Origin: Sphingomonadales bacterium
GTDB taxonomy: Bacteria; Bacteroidota; Bacteroidia; Flavobacteriales_D; Crocinitomicaceae
Assembly (NCBI GenBank): GCA_016872115.1
Contig: VHBC01000008.1
Location: forward strand, 15,430-79,429
Direction of reading: 5' to 3'
Length of the DNA: 64,000 nt
Shown here: piece after piece, positions 25,727 to 34,517 of the stretch
Layout: every line of letters begins with the position of its first letter
How positions within the stretch are numbered: the stretch's first letter is position 1
Program-made: the position numbers and the translations under genes
Notes under the pieces: generated by a model
Database searches by the model: none
Told to the model about the DNA's origin: nothing
Seen by the model: only the letters and a program-made list of their open reading frames with translations

Positions 25727-27246
25727 TGAAAACAAAAGCTATTATCATCAGTTTCATTTTATTGAATTGCTTACATGGCAAAGCGCAAAACACGCTCGTT
25801 TCTGCTGGTGCCTATTTTGAAGGTGAACCATTCTTAGCAGTCAATCCCCAGAACAACCTGCATCTGGTTGCCGCCTGGATGGGCTACCAATTGAATCAAA
25901 AAATAGTTATAAAGAGTTCATTTTCAACCGATGGCGGCAGCACTTGGAGTGCACCTATTTGGCAACCACATCAGCTTTCCTCTAATAGCAGTGCGGATGT
26001 TTCCTTAGGTTTTGACGGGAACGGAAATCTATATATGGCTTACATCGACTACGACAATATCAATTTTACCAATGGCGCCGTCATTTGTCGTAAATCGACA
26101 AATGGTGGCCAGAATTGGGGAGCAGCGGTAGTTGCTTTGTCGATTGCATCTTGCCCAAATCAGCTGTGCATAGATAGGCCATGGATTGCAGTTGATCCGC
26201 TTACGGGTACTGTTGCCGTTACCAGTATGAACGCTGACCAGCCCACGATTGTGCAAGCGCCTTATCATCCGTATTTATCCATTTCAGGTGATGGCGGCAA
26301 CTCATTTCAAACCCAAATTTTAGATGTAGCGCCTTATCTCGCTGGCAGTGCAATTCGACAACCCATGCCCTCGCCTGCCTTCGCGGCTGATGGCACTTTT
26401 ATGGCTTTGTATCCAAGCTACGATCCAAGCCAAAGTATTCTTCCTCGCATCGTCGAGGTGAGCAAAACCGCGCCTGCCTCTTTTTATAGTTATCAAACGG
26501 CTTTCCAAGGCTTAGGCTTCGGAACATCAAATGACACCCTCAAAAGCGGACCTCATCTAGCGCTTGATCCGAATAATGCCAATCGGGCAGCATACTTTTT
26601 TATCACAGAAGTTTTTGGGGATCCTGATATCGCGTTTATCGAAAAAAATGGCAGCACCTGGAGTATAACGGCGCGTGTCAACAACGACAGCCAAGGAAAT
26701 GGAGCCATACAAGACTTAGTTTGGGCCGACTACGACACCGATGGCGACCTCGGTGTTTGTTGGCGCGACCGTCGCAACGGCATTTCGGCAACTTATCAAA
26801 GCCCTAGCCAAATCTTTTGTCGCATTCAATCCAATGGAGCTTGGCAAAATGAATTGATCATTAGCCCAGTGGTGACCGATGATTCGATTCTTCTTGAGAG
26901 CGGCAATGACTTCTTAAGCGTTCAATTTGAGGACAACCAGCTATACACCATTTGGGGTGATGTTCGAAGTGGTTCATTGAAAATTTATTTGAACCATTAC
27001 GATCAAAATGATAGCACCAATGTGGTAAGTGAAATCCCGACGCTGCCCAAAGTATTTCCTAATCCGAGTAGTGGACTCTTTGAAATTCCGCCACATTTGA
27101 CCCAACAAAATTTTGAATTACGGGATGCGAGAGGAACGCTCCTTTTAAATGGTGTTCTTTCTGAAAAACTCGATTTGAGTTCGTTTCCGACCGGAATATA
27201 TTGGCTCAAGGTGGCCGAAAGTCAATTTCAGTTGCTTAAAAATTGA
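25726..27246 (+). CDS. BNR/Asp-box repeat (sialidase-like) protein with a T9SS C-terminal domain
   Basis: Asp-boxes SFSTDGGSTWS and KSTNGGQNWG. C-terminal VFPNPSSGLFEIP...GIYWLKV tail. ATG 25726 overlaps the upstream stop (TGATG); the track start 25723 is a TTG. Confidence 0.7.
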   Translation: MKTKAIIISFILLNCLHGKAQNTLVSAGAYFEGEPFLAVNPQNNLHLVAAWMGYQLNQKIVIKSSFSTDGGSTWSAPIWQPHQLSSNSSADVSLGFDGNGNLYMAYIDYDNINFTNGAVICRKSTNGGQNWGAAVVALSIASCPNQLCIDRPWIAVDPLTGTVAVTSMNADQPTIVQAPYHPYLSISGDGGNSFQTQILDVAPYLAGSAIRQPMPSPAFAADGTFMALYPSYDPSQSILPRIVEVSKTAPASFYSYQTAFQGLGFGTSNDTLKSGPHLALDPNNANRAAYFFITEVFGDPDIAFIEKNGSTWSITARVNNDSQGNGAIQDLVWADYDTDGDLGVCWRDRRNGISATYQSPSQIFCRIQSNGAWQNELIISPVVTDDSILLESGNDFLSVQFEDNQLYTIWGDVRSGSLKIYLNHYDQNDSTNVVSEIPTLPKVFPNPSSGLFEIPPHLTQQNFELRDARGTLLLNGVLSEKLDLSSFPTGIYWLKVAESQFQLLKN

Positions 27247-27290
27247 AACAAGTGTTGATATCTTCAGGAAGACTTTTTCAAAAATAGCGG

Positions 27291-27298
27291 TATCTTTG
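27291..27298 (+). promoter_or_regulatory. -7 promoter box (TATCTTTG), 4 nt before the dnaX ATG
   Basis: TATCTTTG aaac ATG. Exact TAnnTTTG. Confidence 0.45.
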
Positions 27299-27302
27299 AA
27301 AC

Positions 27303-28418
27303 ATGAGTGAATTTGTTGTATCGGCAAGAAAATACCGCCCGCAAACCTTCGACACCGTCGTAGGGCAACAATCTATTACCAACACACTCAAAAACGCCAT
27401 TAAAAACGAGCACCTCGCTCAGGCTTTTTTATTTTGTGGTTCTCGTGGTGTCGGCAAAACGACAACGGCCCGTATCTTAGCCAAAACCATCAACTGCTTC
27501 AATCCTACTTCAGCCATTGAGGCCTGTGACCAATGCGACTCCTGCTTGTCATTTCACACCGGAAATTCACTCAATATCTATGAGCTAGATGCCGCATCAA
27601 ACAACTCCGTTGACGACATCCGAAACCTCATAGACCAAGTGCGCATTGCACCCCAACTCGGAAGCCACAAGGTATACATCATCGATGAGGTCCATATGCT
27701 TTCGACTTCCGCCTTTAATGCTTTTCTCAAAACATTAGAGGAGCCCCCAAAGCACGCTATCTTCATTTTAGCTACAACGGAAAAACATAAAATCATCCCA
27801 ACCATCTTATCGAGGTGCCAGATTTTTGATTTTCAACGTATTCGTGTCAAAGATATCGCCGACCATTTAGGTACCATTGCCACCAAAGAAGGCGTATCCG
27901 CAGACCCAGAAGCTTTGCATCAAATCGCGATGAAAGCTGATGGTGCGCTTCGCGATGCCTTATCTATTTTTGATCAGCTCGTTACTTTTGCAGGCGACAC
28001 ACTCACCTATAAAGACGTCCTCGAAAACCTACACATCCTCGACTACGAATATTATTTCAAAGTGGTCGATGCAGCCGAAAAAGAAGATATTCCAGCCGCC
28101 CTCTTGATCCTCAACGACATCTACGAAAAAGGCTTTGATGGACACCATTTTGTAGTTGGCCTAGCAGAACACCTCCGCAATATCTTGGTTTGCAAAGATC
28201 CCCAAACCGCCAACTTACTTGAAGCACCTGATACCATCAAACAACGCTTTATGCAGCAAGCTTCTGAAATTGAGGCTGCTCGCTTGCTCAGAGGTCTTCA
28301 GGTTTTATCCAAGACCGACGTCGACTACAAAGCATCCAAGAACCAAAGACTCCTCATTGAGGTTGCACTCATGCAGCTCTGCTCACTCAAGCAAGAGCAA
28401 GAAAAAAAAAAGGCCTAA
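27303..28418 (+). CDS. dnaX: DNA polymerase III subunit gamma/tau, zero-frame product (domains I-III, gamma-like)
   Basis: 371 aa. Walker A GSRGVGKTTTAR, Zn module CFNPTSAIEACDQCDSC, DEVHML, SRC motif ILSRCQIF. Ends ...QEQEKKKA* immediately after an A10 tract. Confidence 0.9.
   Translation: MSEFVVSARKYRPQTFDTVVGQQSITNTLKNAIKNEHLAQAFLFCGSRGVGKTTTARILAKTINCFNPTSAIEACDQCDSCLSFHTGNSLNIYELDAASNNSVDDIRNLIDQVRIAPQLGSHKVYIIDEVHMLSTSAFNAFLKTLEEPPKHAIFILATTEKHKIIPTILSRCQIFDFQRIRVKDIADHLGTIATKEGVSADPEALHQIAMKADGALRDALSIFDQLVTFAGDTLTYKDVLENLHILDYEYYFKVVDAAEKEDIPAALLILNDIYEKGFDGHHFVVGLAEHLRNILVCKDPQTANLLEAPDTIKQRFMQQASEIEAARLLRGLQVLSKTDVDYKASKNQRLLIEVALMQLCSLKQEQEKKKA
28406..28412 (+). other. Candidate -1 recoding site: slippery heptamer A_AAA_AAG inside an A10 run
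   Basis: The zero-frame codons AAA (28407-09) and AAG (28410-12) are preceded by A. This is the same heptamer and phase as the E. coli dnaX frameshift site. The zero-frame stop is 1 codon later. Confidence 0.5.
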
Positions 28419-29008
28419 CTGAGCGTATTGACATCCTGCCTCTTCCAAAACAGTCTCTGCGCAAAGCAACAAAAACAGGCAGCCAGCAAACGGTAGAAAA
28501 CAAACCTATTGTACCTGCACCTGAGCAACCAAGTCCTCCACAAGTAGCGACCAAAGCGCAAATCATCTCCATCAAAGAATCGCTCGAGAAAGACAAAGCC
28601 GGACAGCAACAAGTGCGCCAAGAAGACTTACCCAGAGAAGGATTTCATCTCGACCATGTTAAGATGTACTGGAAACAATATGCTTTTCAACTCAAGGAAG
28701 ACGGTATGGAAACCTTTTACAATGCCTTGATTAAACGAGATCCTATCCTCAAATCCGACGAAATACTTGAATTGATTGTCGATAACCTTGTGCAATACAA
28801 TTATATTCAAACACATTTACTTGCATTCAAGGAATTCATGCGCAAGCAACTCAATAACTATTACTTAGATATTGTCCTAACGCAAGCAGCTCCCGATGAA
28901 GATGAAGTCAAATTCTTGACAGGTAAAGACAAATTTGCAGCCCTTGCCCGCAAGAACCCGAACTTGCACACACTTAAAAACCGTTTCAATCTCGATATCG
29001 ATTACTGA
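28412..29008 (+). CDS. dnaX: dnaX C-terminal (tau-specific) region, open in the -1 frame from the A tract
   Basis: The -1 frame has no stop from at least 28400 to TGA 29006-29008. It encodes a K/P/Q-rich linker (KKGLTERIDILPLPKQ...PAPEQPSPPQ) and then a folded domain. Its TGA overlaps the next gene's ATG (TGATG). Confidence 0.7.
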   Translation, partial: GLTERIDILPLPKQSLRKATKTGSQQTVENKPIVPAPEQPSPPQVATKAQIISIKESLEKDKAGQQQVRQEDLPREGFHLDHVKMYWKQYAFQLKEDGMETFYNALIKRDPILKSDEILELIVDNLVQYNYIQTHLLAFKEFMRKQLNNYYLDIVLTQAAPDEDEVKFLTGKDKFAALARKNPNLHTLKNRFNLDIDY

Positions 29009-30021
29009 TGCAGCCCAAATGGCATTTTTTAAGTCCAGAACCGAGCCTCAAAGAAGCCGCTGCACAATTCCTGCATAGTTGGCAAAATGACCTTACTTTT
29101 TCTATTCGAAGTTCAGGTACAACTGGAGCGCCACAATTATTCACTTTTGACAAGAGCCAATTGCTGCATTCGGCCCAAATGAGTATCGAGGCACTCGGAT
29201 TAAATGACCAAACCAATACGCTGCTTTGCTTACCTGTATCTAGCGTCGGCGGCCTCATGTTACTTGCGCGTTCTTTGGTAGCTGATTTCAATTTGTTTTT
29301 AAGCACACCGACTTCACGTCCACTTCAGGACCTCAACCAATCGATCGATTTCGTTGCTATGGTCCCGACCCAACTTCAGCAAAGCCTGACCCAAGATTTA
29401 TCCCAATTAAAAAGAATTGCTAAAATACTCATCGGGGGAGGTGCGCTCAGCCAAGAACAAATCAAGGCCTGTCAGGATGCAAAACTGCAAGTATGGCAAA
29501 GCTTTGGGATGACCGAAACGCTTTCACACGTCGCCTTGCGCAAAGTTAGTCCCACTGAAAAGCCCTTTTTTGAAGCGTTACCTGGGATTTCTTTTTCTCA
29601 AGAAAATGACTGCCTTCAAATTCATTATCCAGGCTTATATCCAAATGGCCTCCTCACCAAAGATTTGGTAGAACTCCACAGCAATAAGCAATTCACCTGG
29701 TTAGGACGCTCAGATAACGCCATCAATTCCGGAGGCTTCAAAATTATACCCGAACACCTCGAGGCAAAACTAGCGCCTCATTTTTCTATTCCGTTCTTTG
29801 TTACGGGGGTCAACGATGCTAAATGGGGTCAATGCGTTGCAATGGTATTCGAGACCACTTCCAAACCCGACTTATCGATTCTGCAGCGCCTTCAACTCTC
29901 AGCTGCCGAAAAACCAAAGCTGTTTGCTTGCATCTCGCAATTTGAACGCACCGAGACTCAAAAAATTAGGCGCAAAGCCGTTATTCAAATGCTGAACAAT
30001 GCCGATTGGAGATCCATATAA
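29008..30021 (+). CDS. AMP-dependent ligase, short MenE-like (O-succinylbenzoate-CoA ligase-like)
   Basis: 337 aa. Adenylation motifs SSGTTGAPQ and FGMTET. Confidence 0.55.
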   Translation: MQPKWHFLSPEPSLKEAAAQFLHSWQNDLTFSIRSSGTTGAPQLFTFDKSQLLHSAQMSIEALGLNDQTNTLLCLPVSSVGGLMLLARSLVADFNLFLSTPTSRPLQDLNQSIDFVAMVPTQLQQSLTQDLSQLKRIAKILIGGGALSQEQIKACQDAKLQVWQSFGMTETLSHVALRKVSPTEKPFFEALPGISFSQENDCLQIHYPGLYPNGLLTKDLVELHSNKQFTWLGRSDNAINSGGFKIIPEHLEAKLAPHFSIPFFVTGVNDAKWGQCVAMVFETTSKPDLSILQRLQLSAAEKPKLFACISQFERTETQKIRRKAVIQMLNNADWRSI

Positions 30022-30862
30022 AGTATTGGGTATTCAACCTCAAGCCACGGCTTCTGAAATTCGGAAAGCCTACAGAACGCTCGTAAAAAAATACCACCCA
30101 GATAAAAATAAAAGTGAAGATGCTGCCGCACGCTTTCTGGCCATCCAAGAAGCCTATGAACAAATAGTAAACGGTAAGTCTTCAAACCTAGAGTCTATTG
30201 CACAACAACAGCGAAAAACACAGTCAACCTATTCGGAAGATTTAGAGGCATATCGGATAAAAAGAGAAGCCACAAGAGAAAAATTACGTCAAAAACGGCA
30301 ACAAGAAGAGGCCTACAGAATAGCCTATTTAAGGGAACTCAAATCAGGTAAAAATAGACTTTGGCACCGCTCAGTAGCCTATTTTGGCATCCTTTTGACC
30401 TTGGTACTTTGGATCGATTATTTCTTGCCCGCAAAGCAAAAACCGCTCAATGTTAGTGCATTCGGAATTCAAACATATGGAAGTGTTAACGGGCACGCTG
30501 TTCAACTTTTTGAAAGTACCGACGGACGCTATTTTTGGACTGCCGATTACTTTACCCAGCAATTAACGAAGGTTAAAGCGCTAGCTAGTATTGAGACCCC
30601 TTGGTTACACCAAGCCAAAGCTTTAGGTTTTCATGAAGGCCTTTATTATAGAACAGTACCAATACATTTTAGTTTTTATTGGGCTCAAATCTGGTTGAGT
30701 TTGTTGTTCTTATTGCCTTATATAAGTTGGCGTTGGGCTAGTGCAGACATCATATTTGTAGCTGGCTCTTATATTTCTCGTTACCTCATTTTAGGACTTA
30801 TCATTTTCTTTTTAATTGGCGAAAACCGCTACATTCACCTTTTTAGCTTTGGTTATTTATGA
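29999..30862 (+). CDS. J-domain (DnaJ-like) membrane protein
   Basis: 287 aa. N-terminal J domain [33 protein letters not shown], a charged linker, then several TM helices. Confidence 0.75.
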   Translation: MPIGDPYKVLGIQPQATASEIRKAYRTLVKKYHPDKNKSEDAAARFLAIQEAYEQIVNGKSSNLESIAQQQRKTQSTYSEDLEAYRIKREATREKLRQKRQQEEAYRIAYLRELKSGKNRLWHRSVAYFGILLTLVLWIDYFLPAKQKPLNVSAFGIQTYGSVNGHAVQLFESTDGRYFWTADYFTQQLTKVKALASIETPWLHQAKALGFHEGLYYRTVPIHFSFYWAQIWLSLLFLLPYISWRWASADIIFVAGSYISRYLILGLIIFFLIGENRYIHLFSFGYL

Positions 30863-31506
30863 GAACAAAAAAAGAAAAAGCGGCTTATGTAATTCAAATC
30901 TTGGAAGAATTGTATCCGAGCACACCCATTCCACTCGATCACCAAGACCCTTTTACCTTGCTGATTGCTGTATTACTTAGTGCTCAATGCACCGACGCAA
31001 GAGTTAATACAGTAACCCCTGCATTGTTTGCGCTAGCTGACAACCCTTTCGACATGGCCAAAGTACCAACTGAGCAAATTCAACAAATCATCAGGCCCTG
31101 TGGCCTGTCTCCAAAAAAGGCTGCGGCCATTAGCGAACTCTCACAGATATTGGTCCAAGATTACAACGGAATTGTACCACAAACCTACGAAGACCTTGAG
31201 CGCTTGCCAGGTGTAGGACACAAAACAGCTTCAGTTGTAATGTCTCAGGGTTTTGGGTTTGCGGCATTTCCGGTAGATACACATATTCACAGGCTGCTTA
31301 CACGTTGGGGTTTAACTGGCGGTAAAAACGTAGTTCAAACAGAGCATGACGCCAAAAAGTTGTTTCCTGAACAAACCTGGAACAAATTGCACCTTCAAAT
31401 TATCTTTTATGGGCGGGAATATTCACCAGCTCGTTCCCCAAAATTTGAAAAAGACTTGATTACTAGAACAATAGGAACACCAAAAGCCCTTAAAGAACTT
31501 TGTTGA
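30859..31506 (+). CDS. nth: Endonuclease III family HhH-GPD glycosylase lacking the [4Fe-4S] cysteines
   Basis: 215 aa. [15 protein letters not shown], Hh[13 protein letters not shown] (Lys retained) and VDTHIHR (Asp retained). The C-terminus [23 protein letters not shown] has no Cys-X6-Cys-X2-Cys-X5-Cys. Confidence 0.8.
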   Translation: MRTKKEKAAYVIQILEELYPSTPIPLDHQDPFTLLIAVLLSAQCTDARVNTVTPALFALADNPFDMAKVPTEQIQQIIRPCGLSPKKAAAISELSQILVQDYNGIVPQTYEDLERLPGVGHKTASVVMSQGFGFAAFPVDTHIHRLLTRWGLTGGKNVVQTEHDAKKLFPEQTWNKLHLQIIFYGREYSPARSPKFEKDLITRTIGTPKALKELC

Positions 31507-31515
31507 TATCAACAA
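31500..31515 (+). terminator. Weak candidate terminator / palindrome overlapping the nth stop
   Basis: Perfect 16-nt palindrome TTGTTGATATCAACAA followed by TTGTTTAT. Confidence 0.3.
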
Positions 31516-31589
31516 TTGTTTATAACCTTCCTTCACAACTTTTTCAAAACTATACTACATGAAATATTTCGGTTCAGAACGTCTTTCGC

Positions 31590-31597
31590 TATATTTG
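31590..31597 (+). promoter_or_regulatory. -7 promoter box (TATATTTG), 4 nt before the dnaB ATG
   Basis: TATATTTG ttgt ATG. Exact TAnnTTTG. Confidence 0.45.
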
Positions 31598-31601
31598 TTG
31601 T

Positions 31602-33152
31602 ATGGACGCTCCAGATAACAATCGCAAACCTATTTCTCGTATCAAAACTCCGACTCAGCCCTTTGTAGAAATGGGGAGGATACCACCTCAAGCACTTGAT
31701 ATCGAACAAGTTGTACTTGGTGCTATGATGCTTGAAAGCAGAGCTATCAACGATACCATCGATATTTTGTCTGAAAAAACATTTTACGATGTGCGTCACC
31801 AACATATTTTTAAAGCTATTCGGGCGCTTTTTGCAGCTACCAATCCTATCGACCTCGTCACTGTTACCAACCAACTTCAAAAAAGTGGGGAACTCGAGCT
31901 GGCTGGAGGAGCTGCCTATGTGAGCTCACTCACTATGCGTGTTGCAAGTGCCGCACACGTTCAGCACCATGCGCGTATCTTGGCAGAAAAATTCATCAAA
32001 AGAGAACTAATAAACGTCAGTTCAAAGATCATTCGCGACGCCTACGACGACACCCAAGATGTCTTTGATTTACTCAATGATGCCGAAGCCGACCTTTTTA
32101 GCATTGCTCAAAACAACATGTCGAAACAAGTAGGTTCGATGTCTTATATTGTCCAAGAAGCCATACATGAAATCGAATTAGCCTCCAAAAACACCGATGG
32201 TGTTTCAGGAATTCCAACTGGTTTTCACGTTCTGGATAAAGTTACTTCAGGTTGGCAGCGCTCAGACATGATCGTATTGGCAGCTCGCCCAGGTATGGGT
32301 AAAACCGCATTTGTACTTTCTATGGCGCGCAACACCGCAGTTGAATACGGAAAAGGGGTTGCTATTTTCTCCCTCGAAATGTCTTCAGTTCAATTGGTGA
32401 AACGCTTGATTGCCAGTGAATCGAGACTCCCTGCTGAAAAACTCAGAAAAGGAGACCTCAAAGAACACGAATTTCAACAACTCCATAGCCGCATCGGAAA
32501 ACTTGCCGAGGCGCCAATTTTCATCGACGACACCCCCGGTATCAACATCTTCGATTTTAGAGCCAAATGCCGACGTCTCAAAGCGCAGTACAATATTGAC
32601 CTCGTCATCATCGATTACTTGCAACTCATGAGTGCCAAAGATTCAAAAAGTGGCGGAAACCGAGAGCAAGAAATCTCTACAATTTCTCGTTCCATTAAAG
32701 AAATTGCAAAAGAACTCAACGTCCCAATTATTGCATTATCTCAGTTAAGCCGTTCTGTTGAAGCAAGAGGTAGTGAAAAACGCCCACTGCTATCAGATTT
32801 GCGAGAATCCGGCGCCATCGAACAAGATGCCGACATCGTTTCTTTTATTTATCGTCCTGAATACTACGGCCTCAGCCAAGATGCAGATGGTAATTCTACA
32901 CTCGGAATCGGTGAAATCATTATCGCCAAACACCGAAATGGCGCACTGAAGAACGTCAGACTGCGTTTTGTTCCAGAGTTTGCGCGTTTTGAAAACCTAG
33001 ATGAAGTAGAAGCACTAGACCTTCCTGGGTCAATCAACTCCAATTTATCTCAGTTCAATCAAGAATTCTCAACCTACACAATCAAAAGTAAAATGGATGA
33101 AGGCAATGAAGATATTTTCAGCAATGACAACAATGAAGAAGATCCATTCTAA
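31602..33152 (+). CDS. dnaB: Replicative DNA helicase DnaB
   Basis: 516 aa. PPQALDIEQVVLGAMML N-terminal domain, Walker A ARPGMGKTAF, LSQLSR and IIAKHRNG motifs. Confidence 0.95.
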   Translation: MDAPDNNRKPISRIKTPTQPFVEMGRIPPQALDIEQVVLGAMMLESRAINDTIDILSEKTFYDVRHQHIFKAIRALFAATNPIDLVTVTNQLQKSGELELAGGAAYVSSLTMRVASAAHVQHHARILAEKFIKRELINVSSKIIRDAYDDTQDVFDLLNDAEADLFSIAQNNMSKQVGSMSYIVQEAIHEIELASKNTDGVSGIPTGFHVLDKVTSGWQRSDMIVLAARPGMGKTAFVLSMARNTAVEYGKGVAIFSLEMSSVQLVKRLIASESRLPAEKLRKGDLKEHEFQQLHSRIGKLAEAPIFIDDTPGINIFDFRAKCRRLKAQYNIDLVIIDYLQLMSAKDSKSGGNREQEISTISRSIKEIAKELNVPIIALSQLSRSVEARGSEKRPLLSDLRESGAIEQDADIVSFIYRPEYYGLSQDADGNSTLGIGEIIIAKHRNGALKNVRLRFVPEFARFENLDEVEALDLPGSINSNLSQFNQEFSTYTIKSKMDEGNEDIFSNDNNEEDPF

Positions 33153-34410
33153 ACTACTTTTTTCATTCTTTGCCATTTATTTTGGCTTCCAACTTAATGC
33201 CAGTCAGATTTTAGTTCCAATGGACGAAAGCCAAAGAGACCACCTCAAAGCATATGGTGTTGCTTATTGGGCACTAGAAAACCAAGTGATTATTGAATGG
33301 CTACTTAATTACCGTGGAGGTAGCTTTCTAATTCCACACCTACAAGGCATTGAAGAAGAATTACTTTTGCGCAATGTCAGTTATCAAATTTTAGCTGATG
33401 GTCAGGTCAATAAAATCAAAACAGAAATTGCAGATCCAGAAGTAAATATGGAAGTGGTACAGCTTGAGGAAGCCCCTAAAATTGCAGTCTACACACCACC
33501 AAACAAACTTCCCTGGGATGACGCGGTTACGCTGGTACTTACCTACGCTGAAATTAAATACGACAAAATCTACGACTCTGCAATTGTAAATGGCGTATTG
33601 CCCAAATACGACTGGCTGCATTTACACCACGAAGACTTCACTGGCCAGTACGGTAAATTTTATAGTTCAGCGCGCATGCAAAGTTGGTACCAACAAGAAG
33701 TTCAGCGCTCAGAGGCGGCAGCTGCCAAACTCGGTTTTGCCTCAACTGCTGCGCTCAAAAGAGCTGTGGCACTCAATATCCGCAATTTCGTAATTGGTGG
33801 CGGATTCCTATTTACCATGTGTTCAGGAACAGACTCTTATGATATTGCGCTTGCGGCTCAAAACGTTGACATACAAGAAGCCATTTTTGATGGCAGTCCC
33901 TCGGACACCAAAGCACAAGAAAAACTAGATTTTAACCAGACTTTCGCCTTTCAAAACTTTCATATTATCAAAGATCCCATGGTTTACGAATACAGTGATA
34001 TAGACGGTACGGACCTGCGAACCCAACGCATCATTTCCGAAAAGACCGATCAATTTACTTTATTTGATTTTTCAGCCAAATGGGATGTTGTCCCCACCAT
34101 GCTCACGCAATGCCATGTGGACGTCATCAATGGATTTATGGGGCAAACCACTGATTTTCACAAAGAATTCATCAAACCAAATGTATTGATACTCGGAGAA
34201 AATAAAGCGGCAAACACCGCCAAATATGTCCATGGCGAATTTGGGCAAGGCACCTGGACGTTTTACGGCGGCCACGACCCCGAAGATTACCAACATCTTG
34301 TTGGGGACCCACCCACCGACTTGAATCTGCATCCGAACTCTCCTGGATACCGTCTCATTCTCAATAACATACTCTTTCCAGCCGCTAAAAAACAAAAACG
34401 AAAAACATAG
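33133..34410 (+). CDS. Conserved hypothetical secreted protein (possibly class I glutamine-amidotransferase-like fold)
   Basis: 425 aa from ATG 33133 (signal-like MKKIHSKLLFSFFAIYFGFQLNAS). KIAVY...YDWLHLHHEDF...TMCSG pattern. Overlaps the dnaB end by 20 nt. Confidence 0.4.
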   Translation: MKKIHSKLLFSFFAIYFGFQLNASQILVPMDESQRDHLKAYGVAYWALENQVIIEWLLNYRGGSFLIPHLQGIEEELLLRNVSYQILADGQVNKIKTEIADPEVNMEVVQLEEAPKIAVYTPPNKLPWDDAVTLVLTYAEIKYDKIYDSAIVNGVLPKYDWLHLHHEDFTGQYGKFYSSARMQSWYQQEVQRSEAAAAKLGFASTAALKRAVALNIRNFVIGGGFLFTMCSGTDSYDIALAAQNVDIQEAIFDGSPSDTKAQEKLDFNQTFAFQNFHIIKDPMVYEYSDIDGTDLRTQRIISEKTDQFTLFDFSAKWDVVPTMLTQCHVDVINGFMGQTTDFHKEFIKPNVLILGENKAANTAKYVHGEFGQGTWTFYGGHDPEDYQHLVGDPPTDLNLHPNSPGYRLILNNILFPAAKKQKRKT

Positions 34411-34517
34411 TTTTACAAAGAAATTGCTTCAAATCGCATTTTTTTACTTAAACTTGCAACACATTTCAAAACACCCCGATCGGGGTATCTACAAAATCAG
34501 CATTTAAGTTCTTATTA

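Noticed and set aside
28387-28621. Two minus-strand ORFs (69 and 68 aa) in the apparent gap after dnaX
   Set aside because: The gap is coding on the plus strand in the -1 frame (the tau linker). The antisense ORFs are by-products of a stop-poor region.
31533-31880. 115-aa minus-strand ORF spanning the nth-dnaB intergenic region
   Set aside because: It overlaps the dnaB promoter box and the first 90 codons of dnaB on the opposite strand, and has no recognisable motif.
34473-34486. Perfect palindrome ACCCCGATCGGGGT in the rho leader, considered as a terminator or attenuator
   Set aside because: It has only a 5-bp stem with a 4-nt loop and no following U tract. It may be a protein site or chance, so the evidence is insufficient.
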